In this document: in pieces, positions 56,109 to 64,000 of the stretch | Position numbering within the stretch: the first letter of the stretch is position 1 | Layout of the letters: each line of letters begins with the position of its first letter | NCBI GenBank assembly: GCA_963829205.1 | Contig: CAWHHT010000005.1 | Coordinates: 1,032,082-1,096,081 of the forward strand | Direction of reading: 5' to 3' | Length of the DNA: 64,000 bases | From: an uncultured Thermoleophilia bacterium | GTDB taxonomy: Bacteria; Actinomycetota; Thermoleophilia; UBA2241 | Notes under the pieces: model-generated | What the model saw: only the letters and a program-made list of their open reading frames with translations | What the model was told of the DNA's origin: nothing | Databases searched by the model: none | Translations under genes and position numbers: made by a program

Positions 56109-56306
56109 CTACCGAGAGGTATCGGCCGTGGATCCCACCGCGTACCTCTCTGGGTGCAGGGCGAAGAGCATGCGGCAGTGCTCCGAGCAGAACGGGTACA
56201 CCTTCCCGTTGTACTCGGAGTCAAGGAGCTCCATGCCCACAGTCATCTCTCTGCCGCAGACGGGGTCTGTGGTCAGCGGTTCGGTGTCGGTCTCGATCGC
56301 GTCCAT
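56109..56306 (-). CDS. YHS-domain protein
   Basis: DPVCGREM...YNGKVYPFCSEHCRMLFALHPERY matches the YHS/TRASH metal-binding pattern. GC3 is high. Confidence 0.7.
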   Translation of the reverse strand: MDAIETDTEPLTTDPVCGREMTVGMELLDSEYNGKVYPFCSEHCRMLFALHPERYAVGSTADTSR

Positions 56307-56576
56307 GTTCTCTCGCTCTCACTCGTGCGTTCCCGCCGGGATCGGCGGTGCCTGGTCACGACATGGTCTCAGGGACCCCGTAAGCCTTCCGTGAAATCGA
56401 AGGGTGCCGGAGTAAAAGTCCCGCATAGGCTGCGCGCCTTCCGCGTTTCCGGGCCTTGACGGAGGTTTTACGGAAGGAGCCGGGAGTTCACTCGGCCTTT
56501 ACCCGTGGCCGGGCATAGTCATCAAAGAGGCTGCGCCCTTGCCGCCGTTGGTGCAGCCCGATCGGGAGGGAGTGCG

Positions 56577-56669
56577 ATGTTCCTGTTCGGAGTCCTGTGG
56601 CTCGCTCTGCTCGCGGCGGAGCTGCTGATCGCCTACGAGTTCTTGAAGTCCCAGATCAGGCATCACTGA
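56577..56669 (+). CDS. Unlisted 30-aa hydrophobic peptide (MFLFGVLWLALLAAELLIAYEFLKSQIRHH)
   Basis: ATG at 56577 preceded by GGGAGGGAG at 6 nt. It has one predicted transmembrane helix and GC-rich third positions. Confidence 0.4.
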   Translation: MFLFGVLWLALLAAELLIAYEFLKSQIRHH

Positions 56670-56780
56670 GACGGGGCCGCGAGCCCGGCGCGAGGGCGTC
56701 GCGCGGCAGCGTGGCACGCCACAGCGCGGGCCCCGCTGCAACGCAAAGCCTTTGGTGCTGGATCAGGAGGAAGCGCAAGA

Positions 56781-57010
56781 GTGACGGTAGGTGTCGCAAA
56801 TCGAGTGACCGAACGGGCCGGGTTCCTCGCAAGACACGCGCCCTTCAGGCGACTGAGCCAAGATGAGCTCGAGTGGGTGGCGACGTCGCTCGTCGAGCGC
56901 ATTGTGCCGGCCGGCGAGATGGTGCTCGTGGAGAGCGGCGTCCCGGGGACCGAGCTCTACGTGATTCGCGAAGGCGCCTTCGAGCTCACCCACAAGCAGG
57001 CCGGCGTCGT
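56781..57010 (+). pseudogene. 5' fragment of a cyclic-nucleotide-binding-domain gene
   Basis: FLARHAPFRRLSQDELEWVATSLVERIVPAGEMVLVESGVPGTELYVIREGAFELT is the start of a cNMP-binding beta-barrel. The rest of the listed ORF (to 57446) is antisense to two minus-strand genes and is not protein-like. Confidence 0.55.
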
Positions 57011-57019
57011 ACTCGTCCG

Positions 57020-57250
57020 TCACAGTGGCGAGCGTCGGCATGGCCGTGCCGAGGAGGCGATGGCCTGCGGACTGAGCTTCGGGGCGGGGTTGCTGCTGGC
57101 GTGGAGATGCGCGCAGCCGATGACGCCGACGAAGAGCAGCAGGAAGATGCCGCCGATGACAGCCCAGCTCTTGGCCGTAAGGCCGACGACGAGGCGCTTC
57201 GGTGGTCCCGGCGGTCGTGCCGGTACCGGCGGCGGCGGTTGCACGGTCAT
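57020..57250 (-). CDS. Small Pro-rich, single-pass membrane protein
   Basis: ATG at 57250 with AAGGAGA upstream. The sequence is MTVQPPPPVPARPPGPPKRL followed by a TM helix WAVIGGIFLLLFVGVIGC. GC3 is high. Confidence 0.45.
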   Translation of the reverse strand: MTVQPPPPVPARPPGPPKRLVVGLTAKSWAVIGGIFLLLFVGVIGCAHLHASSNPAPKLSPQAIASSARPCRRSPL

Positions 57251-57313
57251 GGCTCTCCTTGGCATCCATGACTGCGCCCTGGCGCACGGGGCAAGGCCGC
57301 GACTGAGCACGAC

Positions 57314-57529
57314 CTACCGGCGTGAGCGACCAGTCAGGCCGGCGACCACGAGATACGCCGCCGTCAGCAGAACGAGTGCGATCAGGAAGAGTGCGACGTG
57401 GCGCGCCGCCAGCGCCCTCGCCAGGACAATGGCGATTACCACGTAGATCCCGGTCGCAGCCCAGCCCTGCCAAGAGGTTGGGCGCACGCCCCAGCCGAGC
57501 CGCTTACTGCCGAACCACCCTGGCGGCAT
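57314..57529 (-). CDS. Small two-helix membrane protein
   Basis: 71 aa: MPPGWFGSKRLGWGVRPTSWQGW followed by two hydrophobic helices. Confidence 0.5.
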   Translation of the reverse strand: MPPGWFGSKRLGWGVRPTSWQGWAATGIYVVIAIVLARALAARHVALFLIALVLLTAAYLVVAGLTGRSRR

Positions 57530-57585
57530 CGTCCCCTCCCGTGGTCATCATCCGCAACGGCGAGCGGACGGACTCATGACTCCCC

Positions 57586-58152
57586 ATGATGTTCCCCGAT
57601 TCTGCGCGAGGGCAGTACGAGGCCATGCGCCCGGGACTCCCCGCAGACAAGAGGCAGCGCGTCGTTGGCCAGGCCTTCGATATCGGCGTGGTCCTCAAAG
57701 GCTTCGACGGCGTGCTGGAGATCCTCGGCGGGTTGTTCCTTCTGCTCGTGCCACTCAGGGACATACGCAGGTTCTTGATCTGGGTGACCGGCCATGAGCT
57801 GAACCAGGACCCGAAGGATTTCGTCGCCACGCACCTGGTCCACCTGGCCAACACGCTGTCGGTGAGTGGCTACCGTCTGACGATCGCCTACCTGCTCATC
57901 CACGGGTTCGTGAAAGTCTTCCTTGTAGTCATGCTTCTTCGCCGGCGTCTCTGGGCCTATCCGACGGCCATTGCCGTCTTCACCGCGTTCGGTGTCTATC
58001 AGGTCTATCAGTACACCTTCTCGCATTCGCTTCTCTTGTTGGCGCTCACCGTACTGGACGTGGCCGTCATCGTGCTCACGGCTTGGGAGTACCGGATACT
58101 GATCGGTCGGGCTCGCGAGGCGGAAGGCGAGCCGGCCACGTCCGATCGGTGA
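57586..58152 (+). CDS. DUF2127-like membrane protein
   Basis: 188 aa with four hydrophobic helices, including LKGFDGVLEILGGLFLLLVP. A 56-codon hydrophobic ORF (58264-58434) follows in the same frame, but I have low confidence in it. Confidence 0.6.
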   Translation: MMFPDSARGQYEAMRPGLPADKRQRVVGQAFDIGVVLKGFDGVLEILGGLFLLLVPLRDIRRFLIWVTGHELNQDPKDFVATHLVHLANTLSVSGYRLTIAYLLIHGFVKVFLVVMLLRRRLWAYPTAIAVFTAFGVYQVYQYTFSHSLLLLALTVLDVAVIVLTAWEYRILIGRAREAEGEPATSDR

Positions 58153-58543
58153 ACGCGTCGAGGGGGCCAAACACGTTCGTGCACTGGCTCAGTTCGCGAC
58201 GTCGGGGGCGCGTCGGCCAGCTGGAGGTTCAAGTGTTCTCGACCTGCGCCGGCGCTCGCCACCTTGGTGGGATGCGCCGGCGCCCTGTTCGTGGTCTCCG
58301 GCGAATCGGGCGGACTCGCCTTCCAGATCCCGATGGTGATCCTCGCCGTCGCCGTGGTCATCCTCGTCCTGCAAGCCCTGCGGGTACCGCGCCGGGCGAA
58401 AGGGCTCGAGGCGCAGCTGTTGGTCAACGAGTAGCGGAGCGTTCGGTGCCGCACGGGTCAAGCCAACATGCATGGGAGGGAGACTCGCTGCACACGGCCT
58501 CGGCGCCGATCAGATGCCGACGCGCGGCAGGGCCTGTTTGGCG

Positions 58544-59044
58544 TCAGTGCTTCAGGTGCACGGTCCCGAGGTGTTCCAGTTGAATGCGCAGGCTGCGGCT
58601 CCACTGCGGCGGCCCGCTGCGCAGCAGCCGAGCGGTCGCGGAGTGGTGCACGCTTGCGGTGATGGGCAGCTGCGCAGCGGGCAGCAGGAGCAGGCTGACA
58701 GTAATGAGCCAGATGCCGAGCAGGGCCAGCGCCGCCCCGGCAAGCAGCCCGCCGAGGCGGTTCACCCCGCCGGCAAGCGGCACGTGCCGGATCGCGTCTG
58801 TGAGTAGACCCGCCGCCAGGCGGACGCCCAATGAGACCACCAGAAGGATGGCGAGGAAGGCGACGACGCGCGCTTCCGTGGCGGTGAGGCGGGGGATGAC
58901 ACGGCCGAGCCAGTGTCCCAGCTCGCGGTCGAGACGGAAGGCGAGCAGCAGCGCAAGGGCGAAGGCGGCCAGGCCGGCGAGCTCGCCGATGAGGCCACGC
59001 CGCGAGCCGCGCTAAGCGAGGAGCACGAGCAGGCCGAGCATCAC
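58544..59044 (-). pseudogene. CvpA-family membrane protein with in-frame TAG at 59014-59012
   Basis: A single frame reads VMLGLLVLLA-TAG-RGSRRGLIGELAGLAAFALALLLAF...GVNRLGGLLAGAALALLG. The stop falls just before the conserved RrG motif of the first loop. Confidence 0.6.
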
Positions 59045-59242
59045 GAAATCGTAGGGGTGAAAGGCGGGCTCCTTTCTCGGTGCGGCGTCCTCGAGCATCA
59101 TCCTGACACAGGCCGATGGCCGCTGGTACCTTCGCGGTCGGCTGCGCGGCGCCTCCTTCGGACCCACGACGCAAGCCGGCGCGCCGCGTGGCAAGATGGG
59201 GCGTGATCTGGATCAGCCCCGTCCTCTCTCCAAGGAGCCAAC

Positions 59243-59827
59243 GTGAAGCAGTCGCTCGGCGCCAAGACCCTGATCTACCCGACCCCGGTACTCGTCGTCG
59301 GCTCCTACGACGCCGACGGTGGGCCCAACGTCATGACCGCGGCCTGAGGCGGCATCGCCTGTTCGAAGCCGCCCTGCATCTCCGTGTCATTACGCGCCGC
59401 GACCGCGACGCACGGCAACATCCTCGCGCGCAAGGCATTCACCATCAGCCTGCCAAACGGCGCCCAGGTCGCCGCGGCCGATTACTTCGGGCTGGTCTCC
59501 GGACGCACGGTGGACAAGTTCGCCGTCACGGGACTCACGCCGGTGAGGTCCGAGCTCGTCGACGCGCCCTACGTGGCGGAGTTCCCGCTCACCGTCGAAT
59601 GCGCGTTGACGGCGGTGCACGAGCTCGGCCTGCACACGCAGTTCATCGGTGAGGTCAAGGACGTCAAGATCGATGAGGCTTGCCTCAACGACGACGGCCA
59701 CATCGACGTAGGGAAGCTCGACCCGCTCGCGTTCGCCCCCGACACCGGTGCCTACTTCGCCCTCGGTGCACTGGTCGGCCGGGCCTACTCCGTGGGCAAG
59801 AGCTTCATCGCGGAGCAGAACTCCTAG
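59243..59827 (+). pseudogene. Flavin reductase-like (FMN-binding split barrel) protein with in-frame TGA at 59345-59347
   Basis: AAGGAG then GTG at 59243. The frame reads [43 protein letters not shown], and the stop occupies the position where this family has Trp (TGG). Confidence 0.65.
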
Positions 59828-59904
59828 GCGAGGACGCCCGGCCGAAGAGCGGCCCTCCCACAGGGTGACGCACCATCGGAAATCGCCAGGTGCAGGGAAG
59901 AAGT

Positions 59905-59961
59905 TGGAGGCGGCGACCGGAGTCGAACCGGTGATGGAGGTCTTTGCGACCTCTCGCCGCT
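59905..59961 (-). other. tRNA-like minihelix: acceptor-like stem + one hairpin + canonical T-arm + UCCA, lacking D and anticodon arms
   Basis: Minus strand reads AGCGGCG-A-GAGGTCGCAAAGACCTC-CATC-ACCGGTTCGACTCCGGT-CGCCGCC-T-CCA. The T-loop TTCGACT is canonical. I found no matching complete 5' half within 400 nt. Confidence 0.5.
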
Positions 59962-60278
59962 GAGGAAGAGCCCCCTTTGCGGCCCCTATTGAGACCGCGC
60001 CGACGTGATGCCGCTGGGGGACTTGGGAACCTGTGACGGCTCAGAAGGAGCGCCACGCGCAGGAGCGGAATCGTCGCTCGCACTGGCAGCACGCGGACAT
60101 GCCTGGTTCCAGGAACTGCAGGGGTCATGTCGGCACGTCCGTCTGATAGGCATCAGCACGCGCAGCGACCGCGCCCGAGCTTCCCTCGGACCATTGCGAA
60201 TGCATTTCGGTAGGCGTATTCTCTTGCCGTAAATAGTAAGACAGAATAGCGATTCTGGCGCGCTATAGGAGGCGATTG

Positions 60279-60722
60279 GTGGATTCTACCGATATTCGTA
60301 TCATCAGCGCCCTGCAGCAGGACGGCCGCCGGCCGATCGTCTCTCTGGCACGCGAGCTCGGCATGGCGCCGTCGTCGGTGAAGGAACGCATCGCCAAGCT
60401 TGAGGAATCCGGTGTCATCACAGGATATGTGGCCCTCGTCGACCCCGCCAAGGTCGGCTGCGGAGTGCAGGCATTCCTCCTCGCCACCGTGCAGCACGGC
60501 GAAGCGGAGTTCGAGGAGAAGATGAAGGGTCTGCCTCAGGTCAGGAACTGCTACATGACGAGCGGCCGCTTCGACTACCTCCTGCACGTGGGCGCCCGCG
60601 ATGTCGCCGAGCTGGGGCGCTTCATCCGTGAGAGCCTCGAGATCGAGCCGGGCGTCCCGCGCGTCGAGTCGGTCATCGTGTTCCAGGAAGTGAAGTCCGA
60701 GTCCGGCTGGCCCGTGTCGTGA
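60279..60722 (+). CDS. Lrp/AsnC family transcriptional regulator
   Basis: IRIISALQQDGRRPIVSLARELGMAPSSVKERIAKLEESGVI plus a C-terminal RAM domain. A GTG at 60279 lies 6 nt after AGGAGG. The listed TTG at 60276 is too close to the Shine-Dalgarno. Confidence 0.85.
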   Translation: MDSTDIRIISALQQDGRRPIVSLARELGMAPSSVKERIAKLEESGVITGYVALVDPAKVGCGVQAFLLATVQHGEAEFEEKMKGLPQVRNCYMTSGRFDYLLHVGARDVAELGRFIRESLEIEPGVPRVESVIVFQEVKSESGWPVS

Positions 60723-60812
60723 GCGGTCCTCGAAAGGCGAGCCCGGCTGTCAGACGCCCAGAGAAGGAGTGACGTGGTGAGCGAGCATGAGCGCGGTGGA
60801 GATCTCGAGCGG

Positions 60813-62466
60813 ATGATGGTGACTCGGCGGCAGGTCCTCAAAGGCGCCGCCATCATGGGGACCGGCATGGCGCTAGGGCCGCTCCTCACCGCGTGCGGTA
60901 CATCGACGATCAGCGCCAGCACCGGCGCCGCCGTGGCGCGAACTAAGGGCGGCACGCTGGTGGTCGCCTTCCAGAGCGAGCCCGGGACGCTCGATCCGGC
61001 GATCGGCTGGAACAACATCGAGTGGACGATCGAGCACGCCGTGTTCGAGGGCCTGTACCGCTACTCCTCCGACGCAAACAAAGGCACCGAGCTCGTGCCT
61101 TGTCTGGCCGAGGGCATGCCCACGGTCACCAACGGCGGCAAGACCTACACGATCAAGCTGCGCAAGGGCGTCATGTTCCAGGCCCCGGTGAGCCGAGAGG
61201 TGACGGCCGCCGACTTCAAGTACAGCTTCGAGCGCATGATGCGGCTGCCGCTCGCGCCCGCCACCTACTTCTACACCGGCGTCGTCGGCGCGGCCGACTA
61301 CCAGGCCAAGAAGGCGAGCCACATCGCCGGCTTCAAGACCCTCGACGCGAACACGATCCAGATCGATCTCACGCAGCCGCAGAGCGCGTTCCTCAACATC
61401 CTCACGATGGAGTTCTGCGACGTCGTCGCCAAGGAGTGGGTCGAGAAGTGGGGCGACAAGCAGGTGGGCCGGCATCCGCTGGGCACCGGCCCCTTCGCGC
61501 TGGCGCATTGGACGTCTGGGCAGGAGATCCTGCTCACGGCGAACCCCAGCTACTGGGACAAGAGCAGGGTGTACCTCGACGCGATCAAGTTCGCGCTCTC
61601 GTTCGCGCCCGAGGCCGCCTTCCTCAGGCTGCAGCGCGGCGAGGTCGACATCCTCGGCGACAACCTGCCGACCTCCGATGCACCGAGGATCGCCGCCGAC
61701 CCGACATGGAAGGCGTACGTGCTCTCGGCACCGCTCATCGCCGTCCAGAACCTCTTCCTCAACGTCGAGATGAAGCCGTTCGACAACCTGCAGGTGCGGC
61801 AGGCGCTCTCGTGGGCTGATCGATCGCGACAAGCTCGTGAAGCTGCTCAGCGGCTCGGGGCGCTCCCTCTGGCAGGTCTACCCCGAAGGCATGCCCGGTC
61901 ACGTCCAGGGCAAGGTCTACTACGGCCACGATCCCGCCAAGGCGAAGCAGCTCCTCTCCGCCGCCGGCTACCCGAACGGATTCAGCACGACGCTCTGCAC
62001 CGATAACGTCGACCCACGTCCGAAGCTCATGCAATCGGTCCAGAACGACCTCGCTCGGATCGGCGTGAAGGCTGAGATCAAGTCGATGAGCAACCAGACG
62101 TACTACGACTACTCGTCCACGCCGAAGACCGCTCCGATGGGACCTTCGGGCTGGTGGATGGACTACCCCGACCCGTCGGACTGGATGGCGCTCTACAGCC
62201 GTGGCAGTGCGATCAAGGGCGGCACCAACAACTCCTTCTGGTGGAGCCCGACCCTGGAGAAGATGATCGTGACGGCGGAGGGCCTCCAGGACCCGCAGCA
62301 GCGTATTGCCGAGTACCAACGGATGCAGGACTACATCATGAGCCAAGCTCCCTACGTCTCGCTCTACCAGCCGGTGATGACGACCATGCGCTCCAAGCGA
62401 CTCGGGGGCTTCACGCAGATTCATCCTGTGTACTGGTGGGAGCCGCAGTGGATGTGGGTCGCCTAG
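60813..62466 (+). pseudogene. ABC transporter solute-binding lipoprotein, family 5 (peptide/nickel type), apparent 1-nt insertion
   Basis: Tat-like RRQVLKGAA and a lipobox LLTACG. The frame switches at about 61811-61826 (VRQALSWA then LIDRDKLVKLLSG...). The length is 3n+1. Confidence 0.8.
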
Positions 62467-62482
62467 GTCGAGAGCGCTTCGG

Positions 62483-63964
62483 ATGATCAGCGCCCTCGAC
62501 CTCGCTGCGGTCGATGCCGTCTTCTCGGAGTTCTGGGCTTCGGCGCCCGCGCCCGGCCTGGCCTATGGCGTGGTCGCGGCCGGCAAACTGGTGCACTTCC
62601 GCGGGCTGGGGGCGCTCAGGACAGGCGGACCAGCGCCCACCCCCGACTCGGTCTTCCGGATCGCCTCGATGACCAAGTCGTTCACCGCCGCGGCCCTCCT
62701 CCTCCTGCGCGATGAAGGCCATCTCAGGCTCGATGACCCGGTGGCGCAGTACGTCCCGCTTCTCGCAGCGCTCCGCAAACCGACGAGCGACTCGCGCTCG
62801 GTGACGCTGCGCGACCTCGCGACCATGAGCGCCGGCTTCCCGACCGACAACCCCTGGGGGGACAGCCAACTCTCGCTCTCACGTGCTGAGTTCGACGCAC
62901 TTCTCGCCGGCGGTTTTCGCTTCGCCTCCTCACCCGGCACGGCCTTTGAGTACTCGAACCTGGGCTACGCAGTCCTGGGGCGTGCGCTGGCGGCGGCGGC
63001 TGGGACTGAATATGACGCCATCGTGAGCTCGCGGCTTCTGCGACGACTCGGCATGTCGGCGAGCGTGTTCGAGGCAAGCAAGGTCAATTGTGACGATCTC
63101 GCGCTCGGACACCGGCCAGCCTGCGCCGCGGAGGCAGCGGACGCCGGCGACATTTGGGTAGAGCTTCCCACGGCCGGCCCTGGCGAGTTCGCAGCCATGG
63201 GCGGACTCTTCAGCTCGGTCAGCGACCTGGCGCATTGGATCGGCGAGCTTGCCGACGCGTTTCCGGCTCGCGACGGCAAGGAGGTCGACCACCCGCTGAG
63301 CCGAGCCTCGCGGCGCGAGATGCAGACGGCCTGCTGCGTCATTCCTCCGGCGGCGCCCGATCCCGTGGCCGACGGCGACGCTCCCGGCGGACTGCTCTCA
63401 GGGAGCTACGGGATGGGCTTGGCCGTGGCTCACGACCCCGTCCGGGGCCTGCTGGTGGGACATCCTGGCGGACTGCCGGGATTCGGATCGGCGATGCGCT
63501 GGCACCCCGCCTCGGGTATCGGGGTCGTGGCACTCGCCAACGCCACCTATGCGGCCGTCGATGCTCCGGTCATGGCCGCTCTCGACGGCTTGGTGGACGC
63601 TACGTCGGGAAAGGACGTGGCGGCGGCGCTCTGGCCCGAGACTCTGGATGCGCGAGACAACGTCACACGCCTCCTGCTGGACTGGAACGAGGAGCTCGCC
63701 GCCCGCATCTTCGCGGCGAACGTCGCCCTCGACGCGCCCCTCGAACAGCGCCGCGCCGAAGCGGCCCGCATCCGCGACCGCTTTGGCGATCTCCGCGTCG
63801 ACGCCTCCGCCCCGGTCGAGACATCCTCTCCGGCGCAGCTCACCTGGTGGATGGTAGGCGAGAGTGGACGAGTGCGGGTCGCGATCTCCCTGAACCCGGT
63901 ATCCCCACCAGCGATTCAGTCTCTTGAGCTGACGCCGTGGCCGGGACCGGTGGCGCAGACCTGA
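62483..63964 (+). CDS. Serine hydrolase, beta-lactamase class C / esterase family
   Basis: SxxK motif IASMTKSF and YxN motif FEYSNLGY. 493 aa with a C-terminal extension. Confidence 0.8.
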   Translation: MISALDLAAVDAVFSEFWASAPAPGLAYGVVAAGKLVHFRGLGALRTGGPAPTPDSVFRIASMTKSFTAAALLLLRDEGHLRLDDPVAQYVPLLAALRKPTSDSRSVTLRDLATMSAGFPTDNPWGDSQLSLSRAEFDALLAGGFRFASSPGTAFEYSNLGYAVLGRALAAAAGTEYDAIVSSRLLRRLGMSASVFEASKVNCDDLALGHRPACAAEAADAGDIWVELPTAGPGEFAAMGGLFSSVSDLAHWIGELADAFPARDGKEVDHPLSRASRREMQTACCVIPPAAPDPVADGDAPGGLLSGSYGMGLAVAHDPVRGLLVGHPGGLPGFGSAMRWHPASGIGVVALANATYAAVDAPVMAALDGLVDATSGKDVAAALWPETLDARDNVTRLLLDWNEELAARIFAANVALDAPLEQRRAEAARIRDRFGDLRVDASAPVETSSPAQLTWWMVGESGRVRVAISLNPVSPPAIQSLELTPWPGPVAQT

Positions 63965-64000
63965 CGAAGGGCAGCGTCGGCGAACAGGTCTGATCGCGCT

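Noticed and set aside
56577-56669. Annotating the 30-aa hydrophobic ORF as KdpF
   Set aside because: No kdpA/B/C genes follow, and the sequence does not resemble the KdpF peptides I know. I keep it only as an unassigned small ORF.
59012-59347. Genetic-code reassignment (UGA as Trp, or UAG as pyrrolysine, prompted by the corrinoid/methyltransferase genes)
   Set aside because: TGA and TAG terminate many well-supported genes in this window at the expected protein ends (the his genes, exonuclease, kinase and others). The two internal stops are isolated, and no Pyl-type methyltransferase or pyl genes are present. Point mutation or sequencing error is the simpler reading.
59905-60002. Calling a complete tRNA (Sec/Ser/Gly) or tmRNA
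   Set aside because: Only the T-arm, 3' acceptor strand and CCA are canonical. The candidate 5' strand GGCGCGG at the 97-nt position mismatches at two central pairs. No 7-nt anticodon loop with U33 can be drawn. No tmRNA 5' end or tag-peptide frame was found within 400 nt.

Overview
This is a GC-rich segment with a strong GC3 bias that looks like actinobacterial chromosome. I can support about 65 genes or gene remnants. I saw no rRNA, CRISPR array, transposase or integrase. Many long listed ORFs are antisense or shadow ORFs, which are common in stop-poor GC-rich DNA.

Layout:
1. 1-7.0 kb: a truncated MprF-type gene and a membrane protein. A co-directional minus-strand string follows: B12-binding radical SAM, a small protein with two classical C2H2 zinc fingers, DUF2795, a nuclease-like hypothetical, quinone oxidoreductase, and 5'-3' exonuclease.
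2. 7.1-15.2 kb: a codon-overlapping histidine operon, hisI-G-B-H-F-A. It continues into a class-III aminotransferase, a PHP histidinol phosphatase, and pdtaS-pdtaR. Upstream lies an unlisted 24-codon His-rich leader ORF plus a strong intrinsic terminator, which I read as a candidate attenuator.
3. 15.3-20.4 kb: a corrinoid protein, an MtaA-type methyltransferase, and a 3.4-kb GAF/PAS/HD-GYP gene. All three are frame-disrupted.
4. 20.5-30 kb: MarR, an aminotransferase, a beta-propeller/PG-binding/L,D-transpeptidase fusion, DJ-1, ilvE, and a PadR-pentapeptide-ABC operon.
5. 30.3-36 kb: a histidine kinase, a response regulator, a REC-PAS-PP2C protein, a CDF-like transporter, and a Gly/Met/Trp-rich ZraP-like secreted protein.
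6. 38.5-45.7 kb: a PucR-regulated cluster of NCS1 permease, CN-hydrolase, amidinotransferase-fold enzyme, Fe-ADH, and a divergent carbamoyltransferase.
7. 46-64 kb: an M28 peptidase, an XRE-cupin regulator, a secreted phosphatase/esterase trio, GNAT, C45, small membrane proteins, gene remnants, a tRNA-like minihelix, Lrp, a solute-binding lipoprotein, and a serine hydrolase.

The observations I rate highest are the candidate his attenuator, the aminotransferase sitting where hisC would be expected, the tandem eukaryote-like C2H2 fingers, the uncharacterised guanidino/ureido catabolic cluster, the ZraP-like protein, and the tRNA-like fragment. The window also has an unusually high density of frameshifts, in-frame stops and remnants. 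Several of the single-base indels sit in TGGG(C/T) contexts, so assembly error and real gene decay cannot be told apart from the sequence alone.
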